Assembly: GCA_963723515.1 (NCBI GenBank)
Contig: CAVRQT010000002.1
Coordinates: 96,001 to 160,000 of the forward strand
Origin: Vulcanimicrobiota bacterium
GTDB lineage: Bacteria; Vulcanimicrobiota; Vulcanimicrobiia; Vulcanimicrobiales; Vulcanimicrobiaceae
Reading direction: 5' to 3'
Length of the DNA stretch: 64,000 nucleotides
Shown here: one piece after another, positions 55,560 to 64,000 of the stretch
Numbering within the stretch: the first letter of the stretch is position 1
Layout: the number at the start of each line of letters is the position of its first letter
Made by a program: the position numbers and the translations under genes
Notes under the pieces: model-generated
What the model saw: only the letters and a program-made list of their open reading frames with translations
The model's database searches: none
What the model was told of the DNA's origin: nothing

Positions 55560-56678
55560 ATGAAGCGTGCTTTCGTAAACGCTGCGATTGCCTCATTATT
55601 CTGGTCTCTGACGGCCGTAGCCCGTGCCGATGTCGGGGACGCGCTCGCCACGCATATCGTGCCGGCCGCGAACATCGCGATCAAAAACGCGCTGCCCGTT
55701 ACAACGGTTGGACAAGCACCGCCCGGAGCGCCGAAGCCGGCGCAGCAAGCCGGCCTGCCGACGGGCTTTACGTATACGGGCGACGTGTCGATTGCGTATC
55801 CATTCGGCAACGTCGGTACATACGGACAAAAATGGCTGCCCGGCGGCTTTGATGCCGTTGCCGCGTACGGATTCAGCAGCCGCTTCCGATTTCAAGCCAG
55901 CTACTACGAGCTGCAGCACTATCCGGTCGGCTTCAACAGCGGCACGGTTCCACTGTTCGTTCAGGGACTTGCGCCACCGGTCGGCAGTGTTGATTTAGCG
56001 AACAACCCGACCGGTCCGATCGACGTCACTGTTAAGGATCGTTTTCTGTTGCTGATGGCCGAGCATCTCTTCACGATCGGCAAAGTGCCGATCGTGATAA
56101 CACCCACGTACGTCAGCCGGTGGTCAACGATCGGCGCGAGCAACGGCAACGCGGACATCATTCCATTCGAGTTCAACGGTTTTCCGCAATACGGTATCAA
56201 GACGCGGACGGCGCAACTCTATGTCGCCGCCGTTACACTGCCGTTTCTCTCAACGCCCAAAATGTTTGGGACGCTGACGCTTGGACCGGCGTGGCTCACC
56301 CACTTGAACGGCGTCAACCAAACGAACCACCCGCAGCTCTATCAAATTCTCTATCTCGAGTACAACCCAACGAACCGGGACAAGTTCTTTCTTGAACCGC
56401 TAGCGTCACGAAGTTACCTGCCCACGGATCCCTACCCGCAACATCTCAACACGTATTTCTTGGGTTACTCGCATAAGTTCACGCCGCATAGCTTCATACA
56501 ACTCGTCCTGAACAGCGGCGGCCCGAGCAACTACACTCCATACGGCATCGGCGCGCTCTACTGTCAGCGGCTTCCGTGCGCTGCGCCCGGCAATACGATT
56601 CCGCAACTTGGCGGACTCAAGTCGACGCAATTGCAACTGCAGTTCGGAATCGGTTCTCCCAGCGTTATCCAGATTTAA
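55560..56678 (+). CDS. Hypothetical exported protein, possible outer-membrane beta-barrel
   Basis: Signal peptide; alternating aromatic/hydrophobic strands; C-terminal QLQLQFGIG. Confidence 0.6.
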   Translation: MKRAFVNAAIASLFWSLTAVARADVGDALATHIVPAANIAIKNALPVTTVGQAPPGAPKPAQQAGLPTGFTYTGDVSIAYPFGNVGTYGQKWLPGGFDAVAAYGFSSRFRFQASYYELQHYPVGFNSGTVPLFVQGLAPPVGSVDLANNPTGPIDVTVKDRFLLLMAEHLFTIGKVPIVITPTYVSRWSTIGASNGNADIIPFEFNGFPQYGIKTRTAQLYVAAVTLPFLSTPKMFGTLTLGPAWLTHLNGVNQTNHPQLYQILYLEYNPTNRDKFFLEPLASRSYLPTDPYPQHLNTYFLGYSHKFTPHSFIQLVLNSGGPSNYTPYGIGALYCQRLPCAAPGNTIPQLGGLKSTQLQLQFGIGSPSVIQI

Positions 56679-56687
56679 GGGCACGAG

Positions 56688-58211
56688 ATGATGACAACGA
56701 AAACGATGCGCTATTGTGCAATTGCTGCAATCGTTGCTTTAGCGGCATGCGGCGGAGGCGGAACATCGGGGCCCAACGCCCTGCCGCCGCCAAGCGGTAA
56801 CGGGATCCTTACGCAGATCGTCGGCATCGGCGATAGCCTAACGGCCGGCATGCAATCCGGTGGACTGCTCGGCATTCCGACGACCAATCCAATTTCAATT
56901 CTACCGGGACATCTCGTTCCGGCGACGCAGGAGAACGGCTGGTGGGCGCTCTTCTACGAGCAAGCCAAAGGCGTATCGCCGGCATTCATGGCCAATCCGC
57001 AGACATCGGTTCTTCCGCTCATCAATCCACCCGGTTTAGGCGCGCAACTGGTTCCGACCGCCAAGCTCTTCGGCGCGACACATTCGAATTGCGACGCCTT
57101 CAATCAAGCGGGCTACTCGCGCGGCGGCGCAACGACGGTCCGCGCGAACCCTTCAACGACGCCGCTCGATCTCGGTATTCCGGGACTCACGATGCACGAA
57201 GCGCTTTCGATGATTGGACCGATTGCCACGACGTGCGTGCCGTTGCAAGGAAACGATCCGACAATCGCGCTGCAGCCGATCGTCTCTGGAGAGAGCGGCG
57301 CGTTTTACCCGGTCCTGGGCAACTTTGTGAGCACGCTAGGCACGCAAACGACGGCCGTCAATTCCGCAATCGCACTGCATTCGACGTTGACGACGGTGTG
57401 GCTCGGAGCGAACGATCTGCTGAAGTACACGTTCTCCGGAGGGAAAGCGCCCGTCGACACGCCCGCGCAGATGCAGGCCGATCTCGTGCAGATCGTTCAA
57501 AAGCTGCAAAACGCCGGCTCGCGCTTGGTGGTTGCGAATTTGCCGGACATTCTCTCGACGCCGCAATTCTTGCAAGGCGGAGCGACGATGCAAGCGACGT
57601 TGACGGCCTTCTTTGAACGGCCACCGTTCAACCTGCCGCCGCCGGTTGCACAAGGTCTCGCCGCGCAGATCACGGCCTATGTCGCCGCTATATATCACGT
57701 CGGCCCGAACGGTTATCTGACGCTGCCGGGCCTTGCCAAAATCTTTACGGCCTTGCAGATCAACCCGTTTAATCCGCAGTTCAACACCTTGAATAACGCG
57801 ACGTGCGTCGGTCCGGGGTCCACCCTCGTGAATCCGGCGAACACGCCGTCGGAATGCGACTTCTTGCAAGATGCGTATGCCGCACAAATTCAAGGGTTAA
57901 ATAACGCCTTCAACAACTCGATCGACAGCGCCGCGCAACAGACCGCGACACCGCGCGTAGACATCCACGGCCTCTTTGTATCGATCAAAGCGGCGGGCGG
58001 CGTCCCGATCAATCCGCCGATTTGCTGCAATCTTCAGTTCGGCGGCGGATTGCTCAGTTTGGATGGACTGCATCCTTCGAATACCGGATATGCGTTGCTC
58101 GCCAACACGTTTATCGGCACGGTCGATAAGGCGTTCGGCTTGCAAATTCCGCCCTTAACCCAGGCGCAAATTTTCGCAATCTACTCAACCGACCCGTATG
58201 CGCCACACTAG
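56688..58211 (+). CDS. SGNH/GDSL hydrolase lipoprotein
   Basis: Lipobox LAAC; IGDSLTAG, WLGANDL, DGLHP. Confidence 0.85.
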   Translation: MMTTKTMRYCAIAAIVALAACGGGGTSGPNALPPPSGNGILTQIVGIGDSLTAGMQSGGLLGIPTTNPISILPGHLVPATQENGWWALFYEQAKGVSPAFMANPQTSVLPLINPPGLGAQLVPTAKLFGATHSNCDAFNQAGYSRGGATTVRANPSTTPLDLGIPGLTMHEALSMIGPIATTCVPLQGNDPTIALQPIVSGESGAFYPVLGNFVSTLGTQTTAVNSAIALHSTLTTVWLGANDLLKYTFSGGKAPVDTPAQMQADLVQIVQKLQNAGSRLVVANLPDILSTPQFLQGGATMQATLTAFFERPPFNLPPPVAQGLAAQITAYVAAIYHVGPNGYLTLPGLAKIFTALQINPFNPQFNTLNNATCVGPGSTLVNPANTPSECDFLQDAYAAQIQGLNNAFNNSIDSAAQQTATPRVDIHGLFVSIKAAGGVPINPPICCNLQFGGGLLSLDGLHPSNTGYALLANTFIGTVDKAFGLQIPPLTQAQIFAIYSTDPYAPH

Positions 58212-58303
58212 GTAATGCAAAGAGGTTCGGAGACCGCAAGTAGTTGACACTACGCAAAGTTACACCACCAGCCAGGGCGCTTGACCGCACAGGTTTCAAA
58301 TTA

Positions 58304-58382
58304 AGAAACGAGAGCGGGCATTTACTGTCCGCTCTCGTTTCTACCGCTACTCTCTCAAAGAAAATGCTTGCATTTTCTTTGA
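58304..58382 (-). repeat. Two-hairpin dispersed element, copy 2
   Basis: Minus strand: TCAAAGAAAATGC-AA-GCATTTTCTTTGA, linker GAGAGTAGCGGT, AGAAACGAGAGCGG-ACAGTAAATGC-CCGCTCTCGTTTCT. Confidence 0.55.
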
Positions 58383-58386
58383 ATAT

Positions 58387-58746
58387 TTAGATACGCTTGA
58401 TACCCGTGTCCGGTTCCCCCGGAATCGGTTGCTCTTGCGAAAGCTCTTCAAGCGGTAAGTTCGCCTCTTTAGCTGCTTCGTAGCCGCCGTCTAAAGAAAC
58501 GGCGTTCGCAAACCCCTGATCGCGCAAGCGCTGCGCAATCATCTTCGAAGAGTTGCCGCGCCCGCAATACACGACGATCTTACCATCGTGTGGAAGCGGC
58601 AGATCGAGTTCGTCGGCTTCCATTATCTTCTCAGGATCGTAGCGTCGCGCGCCACGGATCTGCTGTTTGTCCGGCTTGCCGCGAACGTCGATGAGCGTGA
58701 TGCTATTGGGGTCGGCATTCTTGAGTTCTTCAGCAGTGATGTTCAT
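58387..58746 (-). CDS. Rhodanese-like domain protein
   Basis: LIDVR, IRGA, VVYCGRGNSS, LDGGYEA. Confidence 0.85.
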   Translation of the reverse strand: MNITAEELKNADPNSITLIDVRGKPDKQQIRGARRYDPEKIMEADELDLPLPHDGKIVVYCGRGNSSKMIAQRLRDQGFANAVSLDGGYEAAKEANLPLEELSQEQPIPGEPDTGIKRI

Positions 58747-58754
58747 CGTTCACC

Positions 58755-60017
58755 CTATGCGTACACGCCGCGTAGTTTCAGGCATGCGACGACGCGTTGG
58801 ATCGCGATCATGTAAGCAGCGGTTCGGAGCGGAACGTTACGCGCCTCGGAGATCTTACGAATCTCGTGAAAGTTCGTAAGCAGCGCATCCTCAAGCTTAT
58901 CGTTGACCTCGCGTTCCTTCCAAAAGTAGCCGGCGCGATCTTGAACCCACTCGAAGTAGGAAACGGTAACGCCGCCGGCATTGGCGACGATATCCGGAAT
59001 GACGCAAACGCCCTGGCTCTGCAGCAGCCGATCGGCGTCGGGCGTCGTCGGACCATTCGCGCCTTCAACAATCAATTTCGCCTTCACGCGCCCCGCGTTT
59101 TCGCTCGTCAAGACTTTCTCAAGCGCGGCCGGCACGAGCACGTCGCAGTCGGACTCAAGCAACTCTGCATTCGTCATCTTGTCGCCGCCGCGGTATCCGT
59201 CGAGGTTTTGATGTTCCTTCGCGTAGGCCTCGGCATTGCCGACGTCGATGCCGGCTTCATTGTAGTAGGCGCCCGTAACGTCGGAGATGCCGATGACTTT
59301 GCAACCGCGCTCCGCAAAAAGTTTTGCGGCATACATTCCGACGTTGCCAAATCCCTGAACGACAATGCGAGCATGCGCCGGTTCGAGCCCCAAGTGCGAC
59401 ATCTGATCCATCGCGCAGATCGTTACGCCGCGGCCCGTTGCTTCAACGCGACCGCGAGAGCCGCCGATTTCAAGCGGCTTTCCGGTGACGACAGCGCCGA
59501 CCGTCTGTCGCATATGCATCGAATACGTATCCATGAACCAGGCCATCGTCTGCGGTGTCGTTCCGACATCAGGCGCCGGCACGTCTTTATCCGGCCCCAC
59601 GACTTCCACTAATTCAGCGGCATAGCGCCGGGTTATGCGCTCGAGTTCATTCATCGAAAGCGTGCGCGGATCGCACGTGACGCCACCCTTCCCGCCGCCA
59701 AATGGAATGTCGACCGCAGCGCACTTCCACGTCATCCAGAACGCGAGCGCCGTAACTTCGTCGAGCGTCACACCGGGATGGTAGCGGATTCCACCTTTTG
59801 CTGGGCCGCGCGCGAAATTGTACTGCACGCGATAGCCCGTGTAGACTTCAAATTCTCCTGAATCACGCTGAAAGGGAATCGAGAAGATGATCTGGCGCGA
59901 GGGGTGCGTGAGAATCGCGCGCATGCTGGAATCCAGATTGAGCAATTCGGCCGCCTCGTTGAAGTAAGCGATCCCATCACCGAATACCGATACATCGCGC
60001 GCGGCTGTCGTGGTCAT
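58755..60017 (-). CDS. gdhA: Glu/Leu/Phe/Val dehydrogenase (glutamate dehydrogenase)
   Basis: GPAKGGIRY, GGGKGG, DVPAPD, VTGKP, QGFGNVG, ANAGGVTVSYFEW. Confidence 0.95.
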   Translation of the reverse strand: MTTTAARDVSVFGDGIAYFNEAAELLNLDSSMRAILTHPSRQIIFSIPFQRDSGEFEVYTGYRVQYNFARGPAKGGIRYHPGVTLDEVTALAFWMTWKCAAVDIPFGGGKGGVTCDPRTLSMNELERITRRYAAELVEVVGPDKDVPAPDVGTTPQTMAWFMDTYSMHMRQTVGAVVTGKPLEIGGSRGRVEATGRGVTICAMDQMSHLGLEPAHARIVVQGFGNVGMYAAKLFAERGCKVIGISDVTGAYYNEAGIDVGNAEAYAKEHQNLDGYRGGDKMTNAELLESDCDVLVPAALEKVLTSENAGRVKAKLIVEGANGPTTPDADRLLQSQGVCVIPDIVANAGGVTVSYFEWVQDRAGYFWKEREVNDKLEDALLTNFHEIRKISEARNVPLRTAAYMIAIQRVVACLKLRGVYA

Positions 60018-60062
60018 AAAAGATTTCGATTAGGTCCTCTCACAAAAACCCCTACCCACGTT

Positions 60063-61157
60063 TCACACGGCAAACTTGAAGTTTACGACGTCTCCCTCTT
60101 GCATCAAGTATTCCTTGCCCTCACTGCGCACAACTCCCGCGCTGCGCATCGCTTCCATCGTCTTGTAGTGAACGTAGTCGTCGTAGCTGACGATTTCCGC
60201 TCGGATGAAGCCGCGTTCGAGATCGCTGTGAATCGTGCCGGCAGCCTGTGACGCCCGCGTGCCTTTGCGAATCGTCCAGGCCCGGACTTCTTTTTCCCCG
60301 GCCGTTAAGAACGTCATCAGCCCGAGCAAGTCGTAGGCCGTCCTGATGAGCTGATCGAGGCCGCTGCGCTCGATTGCCATTGCGCGGCGAAAATCGTGCG
60401 CCTCGCTTTCATTGATTCCGGCTAACTCGGCTTCCACTTTCCCGCAAATCGCTATCGCGCCGGCGCCGTCGCGCCGTGCCATCGCGCGCACTGTTTGCAG
60501 CATTTCGCCTGGTTCGCTCAACTGCGGCTCGTCAATATTTGCAACGTAGAGCGCAGGTTTTTGCGTCAACAGGAAGAGCTCGCGCGCGAGTTGGTGCTCC
60601 AGCGAATCGGCTTCAAAGTGGCGCGCCGGCACGCCCCGTTCTAGAGAGACAACCAGTTGGTGCGCTGCGTCGACGCGTGGCTGCAATTTGTGATCCGCGC
60701 GCGCTTCGCGCTCGAGGCGCTCCAGTTTGCGGCGCACCGTTGCGATATCGGCCAGCCCCATCTCGATTTCCAGGATGTCGATGTCGCGCGCCGGATCTGG
60801 CGTGCCTTCAACATGCGAGACATTCGTGTCCTCAAAACATCGCACGACCATCGCGACGGCGTCGGTTTCCCGGATGTGACCAAGGAATTCGTTTCCAAGA
60901 CCTGCGCCCTCACTCGCGCCGCGTACAAGGCCGGCAATATCGACAAATTGGATGGCTGCAGGAACAATTCGGCGCGCCTTTGCGAGCTGGGCGAGCGCCG
61001 GCAAGCGGTCGTCAGGAACCGGAACTTCGCCGACGTTCGGTTCGATCGTCGCGAACGGATAATTTGCGGCGTGTGCTTGCGCAGAACGCGTGAGCGCATT
61101 AAAAATTGTAGACTTGCCAACGTTCGGCAAGCCGACGATGCCGCAGGATAACGCCAT
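60063..61157 (-). CDS. ychF: Redox-regulated ATPase YchF
   Basis: GIVGLPNVGKST, NYPFATIEPN, DIAGLV, EVRAWT, RSEGKEY. Confidence 0.97.
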   Translation of the reverse strand: MALSCGIVGLPNVGKSTIFNALTRSAQAHAANYPFATIEPNVGEVPVPDDRLPALAQLAKARRIVPAAIQFVDIAGLVRGASEGAGLGNEFLGHIRETDAVAMVVRCFEDTNVSHVEGTPDPARDIDILEIEMGLADIATVRRKLERLEREARADHKLQPRVDAAHQLVVSLERGVPARHFEADSLEHQLARELFLLTQKPALYVANIDEPQLSEPGEMLQTVRAMARRDGAGAIAICGKVEAELAGINESEAHDFRRAMAIERSGLDQLIRTAYDLLGLMTFLTAGEKEVRAWTIRKGTRASQAAGTIHSDLERGFIRAEIVSYDDYVHYKTMEAMRSAGVVRSEGKEYLMQEGDVVNFKFAV

Positions 61158-61256
61158 GAAGGAGCGCCAGTCGTTCTGGCAGGTCGGCTCGCTTCCCTGG
61201 CCTGTAGGCACAACGGGCACAGGATTACAAAACGAGCCGTAGGATAAAGTTAGAGT

Positions 61257-61730
61257 ATGCGGCAGATGAAGGTTGACAAACTGGGGATCGATCTGCTCAC
61301 GCACGACCCAGTGGTCATCCTGAAGGACGTTGAAGGCAAACGTTTCTTGCCGATACTGATTGGCCCATTCGAGGCAACGTCCATCGCGCTCGCACTTGAA
61401 GGTGCTCCGGTGCCACGTCCGCTTTCACACGATTTAATGCGTTCGATGCTCGAAACGCTCGACGCGCGGCTCGAGCAAATCGTTATTCATGACATTCGCG
61501 AATCAACGTTCTTCGCGAAATTGGTCATTCGAACCAACGGCGAGCTTCAGGAAATCGATGCACGCCCGTCCGATGGCATCGCGCTCGCGCTGCGCATGCA
61601 AGCGCCGATCTTCGTTTCGGATAAGATCGTGCTCGAAGAAGCGGTACCGGATAAAGAAAGTCAGCAAGCGGACGTGGAGCGCTTCAAAAAATTTATCGAC
61701 GAGCTCAAACCGAGCGACTTTAATCGATAG
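61257..61730 (+). CDS. Bifunctional nuclease family (DUF151) protein
   Basis: LPILIGPFEA, RPLSHDL, IDARPSDGIALA. Confidence 0.92.
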   Translation: MRQMKVDKLGIDLLTHDPVVILKDVEGKRFLPILIGPFEATSIALALEGAPVPRPLSHDLMRSMLETLDARLEQIVIHDIRESTFFAKLVIRTNGELQEIDARPSDGIALALRMQAPIFVSDKIVLEEAVPDKESQQADVERFKKFIDELKPSDFNR

Positions 61731-61753
61731 ATCCCTAAACTGCGACAAGCCAA

Positions 61754-61789
61754 GTCACATTTCGACAAGCTCAATGTGACACCGGGACT
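61754..61789. repeat. REP-like repeat
   Basis: 61754-61784 is the exact reverse complement of 34106-34136. Confidence 0.75.
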
Positions 61790-61829
61790 TGAACTTCGAG
61801 CACGATTTCGCCAAAATCACTTAAATGAA

Positions 61830-61908
61830 GAAAGCGGAGTGACGATTCATTCGGCGCTCCGCTTTCAACATTTTCTCCCTCGGAAAAATTGCTTGTCAAT
61901 TTTTCCGA
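61830..61908 (-). repeat. Two-hairpin dispersed element, copy 3
   Basis: Minus strand: TCGGAAAAATTG-ACAAG-CAATTTTTCCGA, linker GGGAGAAAATGTT, GAAAGCGGAG...CTCCGCTTTC. Confidence 0.55.
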
Positions 61909-61911
61909 AAG

Positions 61912-63537
61912 CTATATGTCCCACTGCCAAGCATTCCACCACGGCGCCGAAGCCGGCGCCGCACTGAAATTCTTCAAGTCTGGGTTGCGAACGATCGGCC
62001 GGCGCAAATTGTAGAGCGGAATGATCCCGACGGTATTGTGGAACTCCGTTTCGGCCCGATGGTACAGGTTCGCGCGCTCGACCGGATCGTCGGTCTGCAA
62101 GCCGGCTTTCTCCAAGCGATCGAATGTCGGATCGCAGTATCCGTAGATATTCTCGCCTTTCGGGAACCAGTAATCGCAGCCATAATAAAACAGGTTGTCA
62201 GGATCGTACGGGAGCGTCAATGAGTAGTCGGCGAGATCGTATTTGGATGTGTAGAGCGGTCCCTCACGCGAGAAGATCACGCTGTACGGATACATTTTGA
62301 TGTCCAGGTTTATCCCAACGGCGCGAAACGCCGGCTGCAAGAACGTTGCGATCAGGCGTCCGTTGGCCGAGCCGGACGAAATATGAATGACAAAATCGAG
62401 TCGCTGGCCTCCCTTTTGACGCACGCCTCCGGGGCCGACTTTCCAGCCCGCGCGATCCAATAGCGCGCGTGCGCTTGCCGGATCGTAATGGTAAGGCGGA
62501 TTGTCCGTGAAGCCGAGCGACTGTTCCGGCACGATATCGTGCGGGATCGTCCCCACGCCATGCTCGATTTTGTCTATGATACCGCGGTAATCTATTGTCA
62601 TCGAAATCGCTTTTCTCACCGCAACGTCATGCAGTTGTGGGCGCCGCTCGTTTAAGATCAAAATGTTTTGTGCGTTCCAGGGCGCCAGCGACACCGACAC
62701 ATCCGGCAGCGATTTATATTGGTCGTAAAGGGTCGGCGGCGGCGACGTCACGAGGTCGATGTCGTGAACTCGGACCGCATTGAGGATCGAGTTGTCATCC
62801 GGAATGACGTTGAAGATGATCTCTTTGAGTTTAGGCCGGCCTTTGAAATAGTCATCGTTCCGAAGCAGGATGATACGGCGGCCGCGCTCCCAAGACGCAA
62901 ATTTGAACGGTCCAGTTCCGACTGGGTGAGCGTTGAACGGAATCTGATTGATATCGTGCAGACCGGCAAGCAGATGGGCCGGCAAAATTCCTTTGACGCC
63001 CTCTTGCAGCGGCGTGAAGAACCGCGTCACCAGCGGCGGATACCGCGCTTTGAGATGCAGCACGGCGGTATAGTTGTCCGGCGTGTCAATTGAGATGACG
63101 CGATCGTAGCCTTCACGGTGCAGCGTGTTATTGTTCGGATTGATGACCGCTTGCCAGGTGAATTTCACGTCCGCCGACGTGAATGGCGCACCGTCGTGCC
63201 AGCGAACTCCATGCCGCAGATGGTAGATGTACGTGCGGCCGTCCTTTGAGATCCCGCCGTTGCGCAACGTCGGCACTTCGGTTGCAAGGTCGCCGATCAA
63301 TTTGCCGTGGTCATCGGCAACGATCAGGAACGAGAAGACGAGAGAATCGAGGAAGTAGACGAGATCCATCGTCGAGAGCAACGGATTGAAATGATCGGGC
63401 TCCGCGATGTCGGCGACGCGCAAGACGTGCGGTTGTGTCCATGACGCTCGGCCGCCCGGAGCAGCGGTCTGTACTCGCGTACACGACGTGATGAACATGA
63501 CGCCCATCGCAAGAGCAGCACATCGCCGCGCCGTCAT
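61912..63537 (-). CDS. Peptide ABC transporter substrate-binding lipoprotein (family 5)
   Basis: Lipobox ITSC; LRHGVRWHDGAPFTSADVKFT, PVGTGPF, WWNAWQWDI. Confidence 0.93.
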   Translation of the reverse strand: MTARRCAALAMGVMFITSCTRVQTAAPGGRASWTQPHVLRVADIAEPDHFNPLLSTMDLVYFLDSLVFSFLIVADDHGKLIGDLATEVPTLRNGGISKDGRTYIYHLRHGVRWHDGAPFTSADVKFTWQAVINPNNNTLHREGYDRVISIDTPDNYTAVLHLKARYPPLVTRFFTPLQEGVKGILPAHLLAGLHDINQIPFNAHPVGTGPFKFASWERGRRIILLRNDDYFKGRPKLKEIIFNVIPDDNSILNAVRVHDIDLVTSPPPTLYDQYKSLPDVSVSLAPWNAQNILILNERRPQLHDVAVRKAISMTIDYRGIIDKIEHGVGTIPHDIVPEQSLGFTDNPPYHYDPASARALLDRAGWKVGPGGVRQKGGQRLDFVIHISSGSANGRLIATFLQPAFRAVGINLDIKMYPYSVIFSREGPLYTSKYDLADYSLTLPYDPDNLFYYGCDYWFPKGENIYGYCDPTFDRLEKAGLQTDDPVERANLYHRAETEFHNTVGIIPLYNLRRPIVRNPDLKNFSAAPASAPWWNAWQWDI

Positions 63538-63593
63538 CAGGCGTTCGTCCTTCGAGGGGTGGTTCTGTGAACCTCGAAAACCGAGCGCCGCCT

Positions 63594-64000
63594 ATGCATA
63601 CCTCAGAACGTGCCGAGATCGGCGTCTTTGGCGGCTCCGGCTTTTATTCGCTCATTGAGAAGGCCCGTGAAGTGACGCTGGAAACGCCTTATGGGGCGCC
63701 CGCTGATGCGCTTGCACTCGGTGAAATCGCAGGCCGCAAAGTTGCATTCTTGCCTCGCCACGGAACGAAACATCATCTTCCGCCGCAAGTCATCAATTAT
63801 CGCGCGAACGTTTATGCGATGAAGATGCTTGGTGTCACGCGCATCATCGGACCTACCGCTTGCGGATCACTGCGAGTCGATGTGAAACCGGGTGATATGG
63901 TCGTGGCGGATCAAATCGTCGATCGCACGCACGGCCGAAAAGACACGTATTATGACGGCCCAATCACAACGCATGTCAGCTTCGCGGACCCGTATTGTCC
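63594..64000 (+). CDS. mtnP: S-methyl-5'-thioadenosine phosphorylase, partial (runs off window end)
   Basis: Manual translation MHTSERAEIGVFGGSGFY...ETPYG...FLPRHG...INYRAN...ACGSL...DQIVDRT...THVSFADPYC. Confidence 0.9.
   Translation, partial: MHTSERAEIGVFGGSGFYSLIEKAREVTLETPYGAPADALALGEIAGRKVAFLPRHGTKHHLPPQVINYRANVYAMKMLGVTRIIGPTACGSLRVDVKPGDMVVADQIVDRTHGRKDTYYDGPITTHVSFADPYC

Overview
GC-rich bacterial chromosomal segment, mostly housekeeping genes: ppdK, alpha2-type GlyRS, rlmN, udg, prfB, secA, rimO, yajQ, rodZ, mnmA, CFA synthase, mqnE-mqnA-mqnC, ftsK, RNase J, htrA, dnaK-grpE-J-domain, scoAB, nth-mutY, lpdA-lipB-lipA, gdhA, ychF and a partial mtnP. Gene style suggests Candidatus Eremiobacterota/Vulcanimicrobiota (impression only, not tested). 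Many genes, including essential ones, are split by single-base indels, most likely uncorrected long-read errors; the prfB CTT-TGA-C +1 shift is a genuine programmed frameshift. No integrase, transposase, CRISPR array, rRNA or canonical tRNA was seen. The most interesting signals are non-coding. (1) An unannotated structured RNA at about 5829-5985 has a circularly permuted tRNA module (T arm, acceptor-like stem, D arm) closed by a perfect 14-bp helix with a GNCGAANG motif and its own terminator. It resembles a YrlA-like Y RNA but has no Ro60/Rsr gene nearby, and it can alternatively fold as a 72-nt G3-U70 tRNA/tmRNA-like minihelix. (2) An AfsR-type direct-repeat promoter lies in front of a DUF1059-methyltransferase operon next to a SARP/BTAD regulator. 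(3) Three distinct families of dispersed structured repeats occur, including inverted copies flanking htrA and a covarying two-hairpin element found three times. (4) A GGAAC-N16-GGTA motif is shared by htrA and dnaK. A harpin-like GDPH-motif protein sits between prfB and secA.
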